DNA of 64,000 nucleotides, taken from NCBI GenBank assembly GCA_041686955.1, contig JAWLCV010000009.1:459-64458 (forward strand). The letters run 5' to 3'. This DNA comes from Pseudomonadales bacterium (GTDB lineage Bacteria > Pseudomonadota > Gammaproteobacteria > Pseudomonadales > Azotimanducaceae). The translations under genes and the position numbers were made by a program. Below the pieces are notes generated by a model that searched no databases, had not been told where the DNA came from, and saw nothing but the letters and a program-made list of their open reading frames with translations. Shown one piece after another: positions 51,654-61,066 of this stretch; within the stretch, counting starts at the first letter, position 1, and each line of letters begins with the position of its first letter.

Positions 51654-54428
51654 ATGATGGACTACACGTTGAGCGGCGCGCTGGCGGGCAAGGCGGACCA
51701 GCTCGCGCCGAGGCTGGAGGAGGCGCTCGGCGGCACGCCGGACCCGGAGGTGCGCTACGTCTGCGCGCTGAGCGACTTCGCCGCGGCGGCCATTCTGCGG
51801 CACGCCGACTGGTTCCGGGCCGCGCGGGCCGCCTTCGGCGACGCACCGCGCCGGGCGGCGATGATCGAAGCCGCCGGCGAGGCGCTGGCCGACGCGGGGA
51901 CCATGGAGGATCTCCAGCGGGGGCTCAGGGCGGTTCGCGCCCGATTTCAGCTCTGGATCGTCTGGCGCCATCTGACCCGCCAGACGGCGCTGGAGGAGAC
52001 CACCGCGGCGCTCTCCCACATGGCGGACGTGCTCATCGAGCAGGCGCTCACCCGGCTCCATGACTGGGCCTGCCGGCAGGACGGCACACCCCGGGACGCC
52101 CACGGCGAGGCCCAGCGCCTGGTTGTGCTGGCGCTGGGCAAGCTGGGGGCACGGGAGCTCAACCTCTCTTCGGACGTGGACCTGATCTTCGCCTATCCCT
52201 CGGCGGGAAGCACCGATCGCGGCCGCACCAACCAGCAGTTCTTCGTGCGGCTGGGGCAGCAGCTCATCCAGGCGCTGGACGCGGTGACCGCGGACGGCTT
52301 CGTCTTCCGGGTGGACATGCGCCTGCGCCCGTTCGGGGCCAGCGGCCCGCTGGCGGCGCACTTCGCCGCGCTGGAGGATTACTACGTCACGCACGGGCGC
52401 GACTGGGAGCGTTATGCCTTGATCAAGGCGCGCCCGTGCGCCGGGGACCTGGAGGCGGGCGCCGAGTTGCTGGCGGCGCTGACGCCCTTCGTCTATCGGC
52501 GCTACCTGGATTTCGGCGCCCTCGACGCCCTGCGCGACATGAAGGCGCGCATCTACGCCGAGCGCCACGACCCGGACGACCTGAAGCTGGGGCCGGGCGG
52601 CATCCGTGACGTGGAGTTCACCGTCCAGGTGCAGCAGCTCGTCTGGGGCGGCCGCCAGCGGTCGCTGCAGGAGTCGAGGCTTCTGGCGGTGCTGCCCGTT
52701 CTGGCGGAGCTCGGGCACATGGACGCTGCAACCGCGCGCCACCTGGCGGAGGGCTACCGGTTCCTGCGCGACGCCGAGCACAGCCTGCAGGCGGAAGCGG
52801 ATCAGCAGACCCAGACCCTGCCCGCCCAGCCGCTGTCCCGGCTGCGGTTGGCCCGGTCCCTCGGGTTCGCCGACTACGACGCGTTTCTCGCGGAGCTCGA
52901 CGCGCACCGCCGGCGCATCGGCGAGGTGTTCGACACCTTGGTCGGCGAGCCCGATCTGGCGGACAGCGAAGCGCTGCGCCTGTGGCTGGAGCCCAATCGC
53001 GAGGATCTGCTCGCAGCCTTCGGCTTCGCCGATCCGCCGGCCGCGGCTCAGGCGCTCGAGACCCTCGTCACCGCGCGGGACCGCTCCGAGGTGGGCAGCG
53101 TGGGCCGGGAGCGCCTGGATCGGCTCATGCCGAGGCTGCTGGAAGGGCTGCGGCAGCTCGAGGATCCCGGGCTGGCTCTGACCCGGGTGGTCCCCGTGCT
53201 CAAGGCGGTGCTGCGCCGGTCCGCCTACCTGGCGCTGCTCCGGGAGAATCCGGCCACCCTGAGCCACTTCCTCAGCCTGGCCGCGAAGAGCCGCTGGCTC
53301 GCCGAAGCCCTGGCCCGGCATCCCGCCTTCTTCGACGCGTTGCTCGATCAGCGCCATCTCGGCGCGCTGCCGGACAAACCTACCCTGGCGGCGGAGCTCC
53401 ACGCGCAGATCGCGCAGGCCGAGCCCGACGGGCAGGAGCGGGTGCTGGACGTGCTGCGGGAGTACAAGGAGCACCACGTCTTCAACGTGGCCCTGGCGGA
53501 AGTGCGGGGCACCCTGCCGTTGATGAACGCCAGCGACTATCTGACGTTTCTGGCGGAGGCGGTGCTCGAGGAAGCTCTGGATCTGGCCTGGCGCGAGAAT
53601 GCCGAACGGTTCCCGGAGTTCGCGGAGCCGCGCCCGTTCATCATCGTCGGCTACGGCAAGCTGGGCGGCATCGAGCTGGGGCCGGACTCGGATCTCGATC
53701 TGGTGTTCGTGCACGACCTGCCGGCCGCGGCGAACCAGTTCCTGCACCGGCTGGTGCGCCGGCTGCTGCACGTCATCACCGTGCCCACGTATCTCGGCAG
53801 CCTCTACGAGGTGGACATGCGGCTGCGGCCTTCGGGCCGGGCCGGGACCATGGTGTCGAGCCTGGAGGCGTTCCGCGAGTACCAGCTCGGCGAGGCCTGG
53901 GTCTGGGAGCATCAGGCTCTGGTGCGGGCGCGCGGCGTGGCGGGGGACCCGGAGCTGCTAGCGCGCTTCGACGCGGTGCGTCGGGAAGTGCTGTGCCTGC
54001 CCCGCGATCCGGCCGCGCTGCGGCGCGAGGTGCTCGGCATGCGGCGCCGGATGGCCGAGCACCACGGCGACGAGGACAGCCTGAAGCTCGGCAGCGGCGG
54101 TATCGTGGATATCGAGTTTATGGTCCAATACCTGGTTCTGGCCCACGCGCAAGAACACCCGGAGCTGGCCGTCTTCACGGACAACATGCGCATCCTGGAC
54201 ACTGCGGAGCGGCTCGCTCTGCTGTCTCCGGCCACCGCCGGAAGCCTGCGCGCCGCCTACCTGGCACTGCGATCCGAGTGGCACCGCAGCGTGCTCGATC
54301 TCCCGGACAGCGAACGCGCCGCCGAGGTGCTTTCGAGTCACCGCGACCGTGTGCGAGGGGCCTGGCAAGAGATTTTCGGTGAGCGCGCGGCCGACACGGA
54401 TCCGCCGCTCCAGGACGAGCAGACGTGA
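51654..54428 (+). CDS. glnE: bifunctional glutamine synthetase adenylyltransferase / adenylyl-removing enzyme
   Basis: About 924 aa with two nucleotidyltransferase repeats (LGKLGARELNLSSDVDLIF and GYGKLGGIELGPDSDLDLVFVHD). ATG 51654 is preceded by GGAGG. GTG 51636 and ATG 51657 are alternatives. Confidence 0.92.
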   Translation: MMDYTLSGALAGKADQLAPRLEEALGGTPDPEVRYVCALSDFAAAAILRHADWFRAARAAFGDAPRRAAMIEAAGEALADAGTMEDLQRGLRAVRARFQLWIVWRHLTRQTALEETTAALSHMADVLIEQALTRLHDWACRQDGTPRDAHGEAQRLVVLALGKLGARELNLSSDVDLIFAYPSAGSTDRGRTNQQFFVRLGQQLIQALDAVTADGFVFRVDMRLRPFGASGPLAAHFAALEDYYVTHGRDWERYALIKARPCAGDLEAGAELLAALTPFVYRRYLDFGALDALRDMKARIYAERHDPDDLKLGPGGIRDVEFTVQVQQLVWGGRQRSLQESRLLAVLPVLAELGHMDAATARHLAEGYRFLRDAEHSLQAEADQQTQTLPAQPLSRLRLARSLGFADYDAFLAELDAHRRRIGEVFDTLVGEPDLADSEALRLWLEPNREDLLAAFGFADPPAAAQALETLVTARDRSEVGSVGRERLDRLMPRLLEGLRQLEDPGLALTRVVPVLKAVLRRSAYLALLRENPATLSHFLSLAAKSRWLAEALARHPAFFDALLDQRHLGALPDKPTLAAELHAQIAQAEPDGQERVLDVLREYKEHHVFNVALAEVRGTLPLMNASDYLTFLAEAVLEEALDLAWRENAERFPEFAEPRPFIIVGYGKLGGIELGPDSDLDLVFVHDLPAAANQFLHRLVRRLLHVITVPTYLGSLYEVDMRLRPSGRAGTMVSSLEAFREYQLGEAWVWEHQALVRARGVAGDPELLARFDAVRREVLCLPRDPAALRREVLGMRRRMAEHHGDEDSLKLGSGGIVDIEFMVQYLVLAHAQEHPELAVFTDNMRILDTAERLALLSPATAGSLRAAYLALRSEWHRSVLDLPDSERAAEVLSSHRDRVRGAWQEIFGERAADTDPPLQDEQT

Positions 54429-54438
54429 GAGCGTGACG

Positions 54439-55377
54439 ATGAGCGAGAAGAGTTTTGCCGATCGCGACGGCTTCATCTGGCAGAACGGAGAGCTGGTGCC
54501 GTGGGCCGACGCCAAGGTTCACGTGCTCACCCACACGCTGCATTACGGGGTGGGGGTGTTCGAAGGGGTGCGGGCCTACGACACGCCGAGGGGCCCGTGC
54601 ATCTTCCGCCTGGAGGACCACACCCGCCGGCTGTTCGACTCGGCCCACATTCTCGGGCTGGAGATTCCCTACACCCCGGAGGAGGTGAGCCAGGCCCAGC
54701 GCGAGGTGTTCCGCGCCAACGAGCTCGTGGAGGGGTATCTGCGCCCCATGGTGTACCTGGGCTCCGAAGGCATGGGCCTGCGCGCCAAGGGGCTTTCGGT
54801 GAACCTGTGCATCGCCGCCTGGCCCTGGCCGGACTACATGGACGCGGACGCCCGGGAGAAGGGCATCAAGGTCCGCACGTCCTCGTTCACCCGGCATCAC
54901 GTGAACATCACCATGTGCAAGGCCAAGGCGAACGGCAACTACATCAACTCCATCCTCGCGCTGCACGAGGCCATGGACTCCGGTTGCGACGAGGCGTTGC
55001 TGCTCGACACCGAGGGCTACGTGTCGGAGGGTACTGGCGAGAACGTCTTCCTGGTGAAGAACGGCGTGCTGCACACGCCGGAGCTCACCTCGTGCCTGAA
55101 CGGCATCACCCGGGACACCATCGTGCAGCTCGCCGCCGAGCTTGGGGTCGAGGTCCGGGAGCGGCGCATCACCCGGGACGAGGTGTACATCGCCGACGAG
55201 GCGTTCTTCACCGGCACGGCCGCCGAGGTGCTGCCGATTCGCGAGCTGGATTCCCGCGTCATCGGCACGGGGCGGCGCGGTCCCGTCACCGAGCGGTTCC
55301 AGTCGGTCTACTTCGACCAGGTGCGAGGCAAACGCGAGTCGTTCCCCGAGTGGCACGCTCCCGTCTATGACCGCTGA
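54439..55377 (+). CDS. ilvE: branched-chain amino acid aminotransferase
   Basis: ATG 54439 gives MSEKSFADRDGFIWQNGELVPWADAKVHVLTHTLHYGVGVFEG. EGTGENVF and FFTGTAAEV motifs. 312 aa. Follows glnE, as in Pseudomonas. Confidence 0.93.
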   Translation: MSEKSFADRDGFIWQNGELVPWADAKVHVLTHTLHYGVGVFEGVRAYDTPRGPCIFRLEDHTRRLFDSAHILGLEIPYTPEEVSQAQREVFRANELVEGYLRPMVYLGSEGMGLRAKGLSVNLCIAAWPWPDYMDADAREKGIKVRTSSFTRHHVNITMCKAKANGNYINSILALHEAMDSGCDEALLLDTEGYVSEGTGENVFLVKNGVLHTPELTSCLNGITRDTIVQLAAELGVEVRERRITRDEVYIADEAFFTGTAAEVLPIRELDSRVIGTGRRGPVTERFQSVYFDQVRGKRESFPEWHAPVYDR

Positions 55378-55434
55378 AGCCGCGCCGCTCCCCGTGCGGG
55401 AGCGGCCGCCCGCCGCCCCGGCTCCTCACCTGCC

Positions 55435-56463
55435 ATGAACCGTCGGCTCCCCGAATCCTCCGAGCACCGGATCCTGGTGGTGGCACCGGCCTGGGTCGGG
55501 GACATGGTGATGGCCGAGCCGCTGATCCGCCTGCTCGGGCGGCGCGATCCGGGCGCCGAGGTCCACGTGCTCGCGCCTCCGGCCACTGCGCCGCTGGCCG
55601 GGCGCATGGCCGGCGTGGCCGGGTGCCGGGTGCTCGACGTGGGCCACGGCGAGCTGGGGCTGGCGCGCCGGCTGGCGGCCGCCCGGGCGATTCGGCGCCA
55701 GGGATTCCACCAGGCGGTGGTGCTGCCCAACTCCCTGAAGTCGGCCCTGGTGCCGGCGTTGGCCCGCATCCCGGTGCGCACCGGCTGGCTCGGCGAGCAC
55801 CGTTACGGGCTCCTCAACGACCGTCGCCGTCTCGACGAGGAGCGCTATCCGTTGATGGTGGAGCGGTTCCTGGCCCTGGCCCTCGAGCCGGATGCGCCCC
55901 TGCCGGAGCCGCGTCCGCAGCCGCGGCCGCGGCCGGAGCTCACCGTGGACCGGGACAACCAGGCGCGGCTGCTCGCGGAGCTGAACCTTGCGCCCCGGAA
56001 CGCCCTGGTGCTGTGTCCGGGGGCCGAGTTCGGCCCGGCCAAGCGCTGGCCCGCGGCCCACTATGCCGCCGTGGCCCGGCACGCGCTCCTAGAGGGGCGT
56101 CCCGTGTGGCTGGTGGGGTCGCCCCGGGACGCCGAGGTGTGCGGCCGCATCGCGGATCTGGCCCCCGGGGTGGCGGATCTGGCCGGCCGTACCAGCTTGC
56201 TCGACGCCGTGGACCTCCTGGCCGCGGCCGACGCCGTGGTCTGCAACGACTCGGGACTGATGCACGTGGCCTGCGCCGTGGGAACCCGGGTGGTGGCGGT
56301 GTTCGGCTCCACCTCCACGGAGTTCACGCCGCCCCTGGGCGCGCAGGCTCAGGTGCTCCGCCTGGCGCTGCCCTGCAGCCCGTGCTTTCGGCGCGAGTGT
56401 CCGCTGGGACACCTGCGCTGCCTGAACGAGCTGGCCCCCGAGCGGGTCATCGAGGTGCTGTAG
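55435..56463 (+). CDS. waaF: ADP-heptose:LPS heptosyltransferase II
   Basis: ILVVAPAWVGDMVMAEPL...LPNSLKSALVP...GWLGEHRYGLLND...CNDSGLMHVA. 342 aa. Confidence 0.88.
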   Translation: MNRRLPESSEHRILVVAPAWVGDMVMAEPLIRLLGRRDPGAEVHVLAPPATAPLAGRMAGVAGCRVLDVGHGELGLARRLAAARAIRRQGFHQAVVLPNSLKSALVPALARIPVRTGWLGEHRYGLLNDRRRLDEERYPLMVERFLALALEPDAPLPEPRPQPRPRPELTVDRDNQARLLAELNLAPRNALVLCPGAEFGPAKRWPAAHYAAVARHALLEGRPVWLVGSPRDAEVCGRIADLAPGVADLAGRTSLLDAVDLLAAADAVVCNDSGLMHVACAVGTRVVAVFGSTSTEFTPPLGAQAQVLRLALPCSPCFRRECPLGHLRCLNELAPERVIEVL

Positions 56464-57509
56464 TGCGGGTTCTCCTCGTCAAGATGAGCTCCCTGGGCGA
56501 CGTGGTGCACGCCCTGCCGGCGGTCACGGATGCGGCGGCCGCCGTCGACGGCGTGGAGTTCGACTGGGTGGTGGAAGAAGCTTTCGCCGCCATTCCGGCC
56601 CGACACCCGGCAGTGGCGGAGGTGGTGCCGGTGGGTTGGCGGCGCTGGCGCCGTCGCCTGTCCCGGCATGGGCGGGATCTGGGGGCTTTCGTTCGTCGCG
56701 TGCGGGCGCGCCGCTACGACCTGGTGCTCGACGCCCAGGGCCTGGTGAAGAGCGCGGCGGTAACGGCGCTGGCCCGAGGCGGGATCAAGGCGGGGTTCGC
56801 CCGCGGATCGGCGCGGGAGGGGGCCGCGGCGCTGGCCTACGGCCGGCGCCTGGCGGTGCCCCGGGATCTCCACGCCGTGGACCGGCTGCGCCGCCTGTTC
56901 GCCGCGGCGCTGGGCTATCCGTGCCCCGATACGCCGCCCCGCTTCGGCATCGCGCCGGCGCCCGGGGCCGCCGCCGGTGGTGCGCGCTGCCTGCTGCTCC
57001 ACGGCACCACCTGGAAGAGCAAGGAGTGGCCGTTGCCGTTCTGGCGGGAGCTGGCGCGCCAGGCCGGCGGCGCCGGATTCGACGTGGTGGTTCCCTGGGG
57101 CGGCGAGGAGGAACGGGTGCGTGCCGGGCAGATCGCCGCGCAGAGCCCGGCGCGGGTGCTGGAGCCCAAGCCCCTGGAGGCCATGATCGGCGAGCTCGCC
57201 GGCGCCAGCCTGGTGATCGGCGTGGACTCGGGCCTGGCCCACCTGGCGGCGGCCCTGGACGTGCCCACCCTCACGCTGTACGGCAGCACGAGCAGCGCGC
57301 TGACCGGCTGTCGGGGGATGCGCGCGCGGAACCTGCAGGCGAGCTTTCCCTGCGCGCCCTGCCTGCGCCGGGAATGCGGCTACGCCGGTCCGGCGCAGAT
57401 TCGTCAGGGGGAGACGGTCTCTCCGGCCTGTTACGTGGATCTGCCTCCGGAACGGGTGTGGCAGGCGGCCCGGGAGCTGGTGGATGCGGATCGCGTTCTG
57501 CATCTTTAA
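56463..57509 (+). CDS. waaC: ADP-heptose:LPS heptosyltransferase I
   Basis: GTG 56463 overlaps the waaF stop. VLLVKMSSLGDVVHALPAVTD...DAQGLVKSA...GVDSGLAHLAAAL. 348 aa. Confidence 0.88.
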   Translation: MRVLLVKMSSLGDVVHALPAVTDAAAAVDGVEFDWVVEEAFAAIPARHPAVAEVVPVGWRRWRRRLSRHGRDLGAFVRRVRARRYDLVLDAQGLVKSAAVTALARGGIKAGFARGSAREGAAALAYGRRLAVPRDLHAVDRLRRLFAAALGYPCPDTPPRFGIAPAPGAAAGGARCLLLHGTTWKSKEWPLPFWRELARQAGGAGFDVVVPWGGEEERVRAGQIAAQSPARVLEPKPLEAMIGELAGASLVIGVDSGLAHLAAALDVPTLTLYGSTSSALTGCRGMRARNLQASFPCAPCLRRECGYAGPAQIRQGETVSPACYVDLPPERVWQAARELVDADRVLHL

Positions 57510-58638
57510 GTACTTCCCGCACGGCGGGATTCCCCGGGACATGATGAAGATGGCCCGGGAGGCGCTGGCGCGGGGGCACCAGGTGCGCGTGTACGCGGGG
57601 CGCTGGGAGGGAGAGCGGCCGGCGGAGCTCGAGGTGATCGAGGTTCCGGCGCGAGGCATCGCGAATCACCGCCGTTACCAGCGGCTCGCCGACTGGATCG
57701 GCAATCATCTCGCCCGCCATCCCGTGGATCTGGTGGTGGGCATGAACAAGATGCCCGGTCTCGACGTCTACTACGCCGGCGACTCCTGCTACGTGGAGAA
57801 GGCCCGCACCCAGCGCGGCGCCCTCTACCGTCGCCTGCCGCGCTACCGGCACTTCGCGCGCTTCGAGCGGGCCGTGTTCGACCCCGACGCGCCCACCCGG
57901 ATCCTCACCATTTCCGACGTCGAGGTGCCGCGCTTCCGCCGCCACTACGGCACCCCGGCGGAACGCTTCTACCCGTTGCCGCCGGGAATCGATCCGGACC
58001 GGCGGGCGCCGCCGGATCAGGCGGCGCTGCGGGCGCAGTTCCGCGCCGAGTTCGGCGTCGCCGACGACGAGCATCTGCTGCTGTTCCTCGGTTCCGGCTT
58101 CATCAAGAAGGGCCTCGACCGGGCGCTGCGCGCGCTCCACGCCCTGCCCGCGTCCCTCGCCGGCCGGACCCGCCTGTTCGTGGTGGGCCACGACAAGGCG
58201 GCGCCGTTCCGGCGCCTGGCCCGGCGCCTGGGCGTCGCCGACCGAGTACGCTTCTTTCCCGGCCGCGACGACGTGCCCCGGTTTCTCGCCGGGGCCGACG
58301 CCCTGGTGCTGCCGGCCTACGACGAGAACGCCGGCATGGTGATCCTCGAGGCCATGATCGCCGGGCTCCCGGCGCTGGTCACCGCCAACTGCGGCTACGC
58401 CCGCTACCTGGCGGAGGCGGATGCGGGTCTGGTGAGCCCGGTGCCCTTCCGGCAGCCGGTGCTGGATGCCCAGCTCGCGGAGCTTCTGACCTCGCCGCGG
58501 CGAGCCGCGTGGCGGCAGAACGGTCTGGCGGCGGCGGATGACCCACGCATCTTCGCCCTGGCCCGGGTCGCGGTGGACTATCTGGAACGATTCGCCGCCG
58601 AGCGGTGCGCCGACGGTGGAGCACGAGCCGATGGCTGA
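57484..58638 (+). CDS. waaG: LPS core alpha-1,3-glycosyltransferase WaaG (GT4)
   Basis: MRIAFCIFKYFPHGGIPRDMMKMAREALARGHQVRVYAGRWEG is colinear with E. coli WaaG (MIVAFCLYKYFPFGGLQRDFMRIA...). NKMPGLDVYYAGD and EAMIAGLP motifs. Confidence 0.9.
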   Translation: MRIAFCIFKYFPHGGIPRDMMKMAREALARGHQVRVYAGRWEGERPAELEVIEVPARGIANHRRYQRLADWIGNHLARHPVDLVVGMNKMPGLDVYYAGDSCYVEKARTQRGALYRRLPRYRHFARFERAVFDPDAPTRILTISDVEVPRFRRHYGTPAERFYPLPPGIDPDRRAPPDQAALRAQFRAEFGVADDEHLLLFLGSGFIKKGLDRALRALHALPASLAGRTRLFVVGHDKAAPFRRLARRLGVADRVRFFPGRDDVPRFLAGADALVLPAYDENAGMVILEAMIAGLPALVTANCGYARYLAEADAGLVSPVPFRQPVLDAQLAELLTSPRRAAWRQNGLAAADDPRIFALARVAVDYLERFAAERCADGGARADG

Positions 58639-59458
58639 ATGTCGGCTGCGGGAGGATCTGGCACGGGCCTGGGGCGACGCGCGGCTGTTCGAACGCGTGG
58701 CGGCGCTGGAAGGCGAGGTGTTTCGCGCCGTCGCCGACCGCCGCACCCTGCGGATCGAAGTGGACGGCCGCGCCTACTTCGCCAAGATCCACTCCGGCTC
58801 CGGGTGGCGCGAGATCTTCAAGAATCTCTCGACCCTGCGCGCCCCCGTGGTGGGTGCGCGCAACGAGTACCTCGCGTGTCTGGCCCTGGAGCGCGCGGGC
58901 GTGCGGGCCCCCACCGTGGCCGGCTTCGGCGAACGCGGCCTGAGCCCGGCCCGGCGCTTCTCCTTCGTCATCTGCGACGCCCTGGAGGGTCGCGTGAGCC
59001 TGGAAGACGTGACCGCGAACTGGGCGAGCCGGCCGCCGTCTCCGCTGGCGAAGCGCCGACTGGTCGAGGGGGTGGCGAAGATCGCCCGCGCCATGCACCG
59101 CGCCGGCGTGGTGCATCGGGACTTCTACATCTGCCATCTGCTGCTGCGCACGCCCGACGACCCGGCGGGCCCGCCGGATCTGGCCGTCATCGATCTCCAC
59201 CGGGCGCAGATCCACCGGCGGATTCCCCGCCGCTGGCTGCGCCGCGATCTGGCCGCGCTGCTGTACTCGGTGCTGGAGTTGCCGCTGTCGGAGCGGGACT
59301 GGCTGCGCTTCCTGCGGGTCTATCGGGATCGGCCCCTGCGTGACGTGCTCGACGAGGAGGGCGCGTTCTGGCGGAGCGTCGAGCGTCGCGCCCTGGCTCT
59401 GTATCGCAAGGGCCGGCGCAAGGGTCTGGTCAAGGGCGACTATCGGGGGCGGCGCTGA
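58631..59458 (+). CDS. waaP: LPS core heptose(I) kinase
   Basis: ATG 58631 overlaps the waaG stop. FAKIHSG...FKNL...EY..C..LE..GV..P, catalytic HRDFYICHLLL and VIDLHRAQ. 275 aa. Confidence 0.88.
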   Translation: MAECRLREDLARAWGDARLFERVAALEGEVFRAVADRRTLRIEVDGRAYFAKIHSGSGWREIFKNLSTLRAPVVGARNEYLACLALERAGVRAPTVAGFGERGLSPARRFSFVICDALEGRVSLEDVTANWASRPPSPLAKRRLVEGVAKIARAMHRAGVVHRDFYICHLLLRTPDDPAGPPDLAVIDLHRAQIHRRIPRRWLRRDLAALLYSVLELPLSERDWLRFLRVYRDRPLRDVLDEEGAFWRSVERRALALYRKGRRKGLVKGDYRGRR

Positions 59459-60993
59459 TGGAACCGCTGGCGGACGCCGTGCCGGAGCTGTCGGCCGCAG
59501 ACGTGGCGGCCGCAGGCCGCCGGCTGCCCGCCCGCTTCCGTTGCCGTCTGCACCTGGAGGGTGCGGGGCCTGGGTCCCGGGCCGCGGTGGCGACGGTGCT
59601 GGTGGAGGACGTGCTGCGGCTGCTGCCGGGTCGCCGGCTGACGGCCCGCGTCCGGCTGGAGCCGGGCCGGCCGGAATCGGGCCGGCCGGAACCGGGCCTC
59701 GCGGCTGTGCCGGCGGTGGCGGTATTGAAGCTGTTCCTGGGTCCCGGAGCCCGCCGCTACTGTGCTCGCGAGGCCCGGGGTGCTGCGCTCGTAACGGCGG
59801 CCGGGGTGCAGAATCCGGCGCTCCGGGGCCGGGTGGCTGGCGCCCCGGGTGAAACCGTTGCCGCGCGGGGGCTGCTGTTCGAGTACGTGGACGGCGCCCG
59901 GCCACTTTCCGACGACGACTCCGGGGAGTTCCTCGGCGCCGTCACGGCGCTGGCGCGCCTGCACGCGGCCGGCGCGGTGCACCGTGATCCCCACCTGGAA
60001 AACTTCCTACTGCGCCCCGGCGCTGGTGTCGGCGGCGATGCCGGACTGTGGCTGGTGGACGGCGACGGCGTGCGTCGCGCCGCTCGGCGCGGCAACCTCC
60101 GCCAGGCGGCGAGCCTGGCCAATCTGGCGCGGCTGAGTGCAGAGCGGCCGCCGCAGGCCGACGTGGAGCTGCCGCGGGTGTACCGGGCCTATGCCGCCGC
60201 CCGCGGCTGGGCCGGCGGCGCGGCGGCGCAGACGGAAGCGGTGCGCGCGCTGACCCGCCTGACGCGGCGCCAGCGCCGGGCGCGGGTGCGCCGTTACCTG
60301 GCGAAGGCGCAGCGGGACTGCACCGAGTTCCACTGCAGCCGCACCTGGCGCCACTACCTCGTGTGCCAGCGCGGCTTCTGCGGACCCGAGCTGGCGCGGT
60401 TCGTCGACGACCCGGACGCCGGGTTCCGGAACGCGCAGGTGCTGAAGGCGGGCAACAGCGCCACCGTGGTGCGCTTGCACCTGCAGGGCCGGCCGGTGGT
60501 GGTGAAGCGGTACAACCAGAAGAACGCCTGGCAGGCGCTCAAGCGCGCGGTGCGGCCGGTGGCCCGGTTTCGCCGGGCGTGGCTGAACGGCCAGCGGCTG
60601 AGCTTCCTCGGGATCCCCACCGCCCGGCCCCTGGCCCTGCTGGAGCAGCGCTTCGGACCGCTGCGGGGCCGTGCCTATCTGATCATGGAAGATCTGGGCG
60701 ACGTGGACCTGGGCGCGGAGGTGGCGGCCCGGGGGCTCGATGAGGCTCGACTCGAGCAGGTGGTGCGTCTGTTTCAGGGGCTCGCGGCCGCCGGGCTCAC
60801 CCATGGCGACACCAAGATCAGCAACTTCCTCGTCACGCCCCGCGGCGTCAGCCTGGTGGATCTGGATGCCCTGCGCCCGAGCCGCGCCGGGCAGGCGAAG
60901 GACCGGCGGCGGTTTCTCGCCAACTTCGATGCGGATCCGGCCTTGCGTCGGCGCTGCGCTGCGGCGTTCGCCGCCGCCGGCCTGGACACTTGA
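59458..60993 (+). CDS. tandem double LPS-kinase-like protein (two Kdo/WaaP-family kinase domains in one ORF)
   Basis: The first half has HRDPHLENFLL...LVDGDG. The second half has VVKRYNQKN..., IMEDLG, THGDTKISNFLV...LVDLDA. ATG overlaps the waaP stop (TGATG). Lies in the position of Pseudomonas wapP/wapQ-type kinase genes. Confidence 0.8.
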   Translation: MEPLADAVPELSAADVAAAGRRLPARFRCRLHLEGAGPGSRAAVATVLVEDVLRLLPGRRLTARVRLEPGRPESGRPEPGLAAVPAVAVLKLFLGPGARRYCAREARGAALVTAAGVQNPALRGRVAGAPGETVAARGLLFEYVDGARPLSDDDSGEFLGAVTALARLHAAGAVHRDPHLENFLLRPGAGVGGDAGLWLVDGDGVRRAARRGNLRQAASLANLARLSAERPPQADVELPRVYRAYAAARGWAGGAAAQTEAVRALTRLTRRQRRARVRRYLAKAQRDCTEFHCSRTWRHYLVCQRGFCGPELARFVDDPDAGFRNAQVLKAGNSATVVRLHLQGRPVVVKRYNQKNAWQALKRAVRPVARFRRAWLNGQRLSFLGIPTARPLALLEQRFGPLRGRAYLIMEDLGDVDLGAEVAARGLDEARLEQVVRLFQGLAAAGLTHGDTKISNFLVTPRGVSLVDLDALRPSRAGQAKDRRRFLANFDADPALRRRCAAAFAAAGLDT

Positions 60994-61066
60994 CCGGCAG
61001 CGCGGTTTTGCCGCTTGGCTGCGGCGGCTATAGTACGCCGTTTCTCGTCACCGGCATTGCCATCAC

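Noticed and set aside
49596-53912. 1438-aa ORF on the minus strand spanning the GspE-like gene and most of glnE
   Set aside because: It is antisense to two genes with unambiguous family signatures. Its translation is Arg/Pro/Gly/Ala-rich low-complexity sequence with no recognisable motif. Stop codons are AT-rich, so long shadow ORFs are expected at this GC content.
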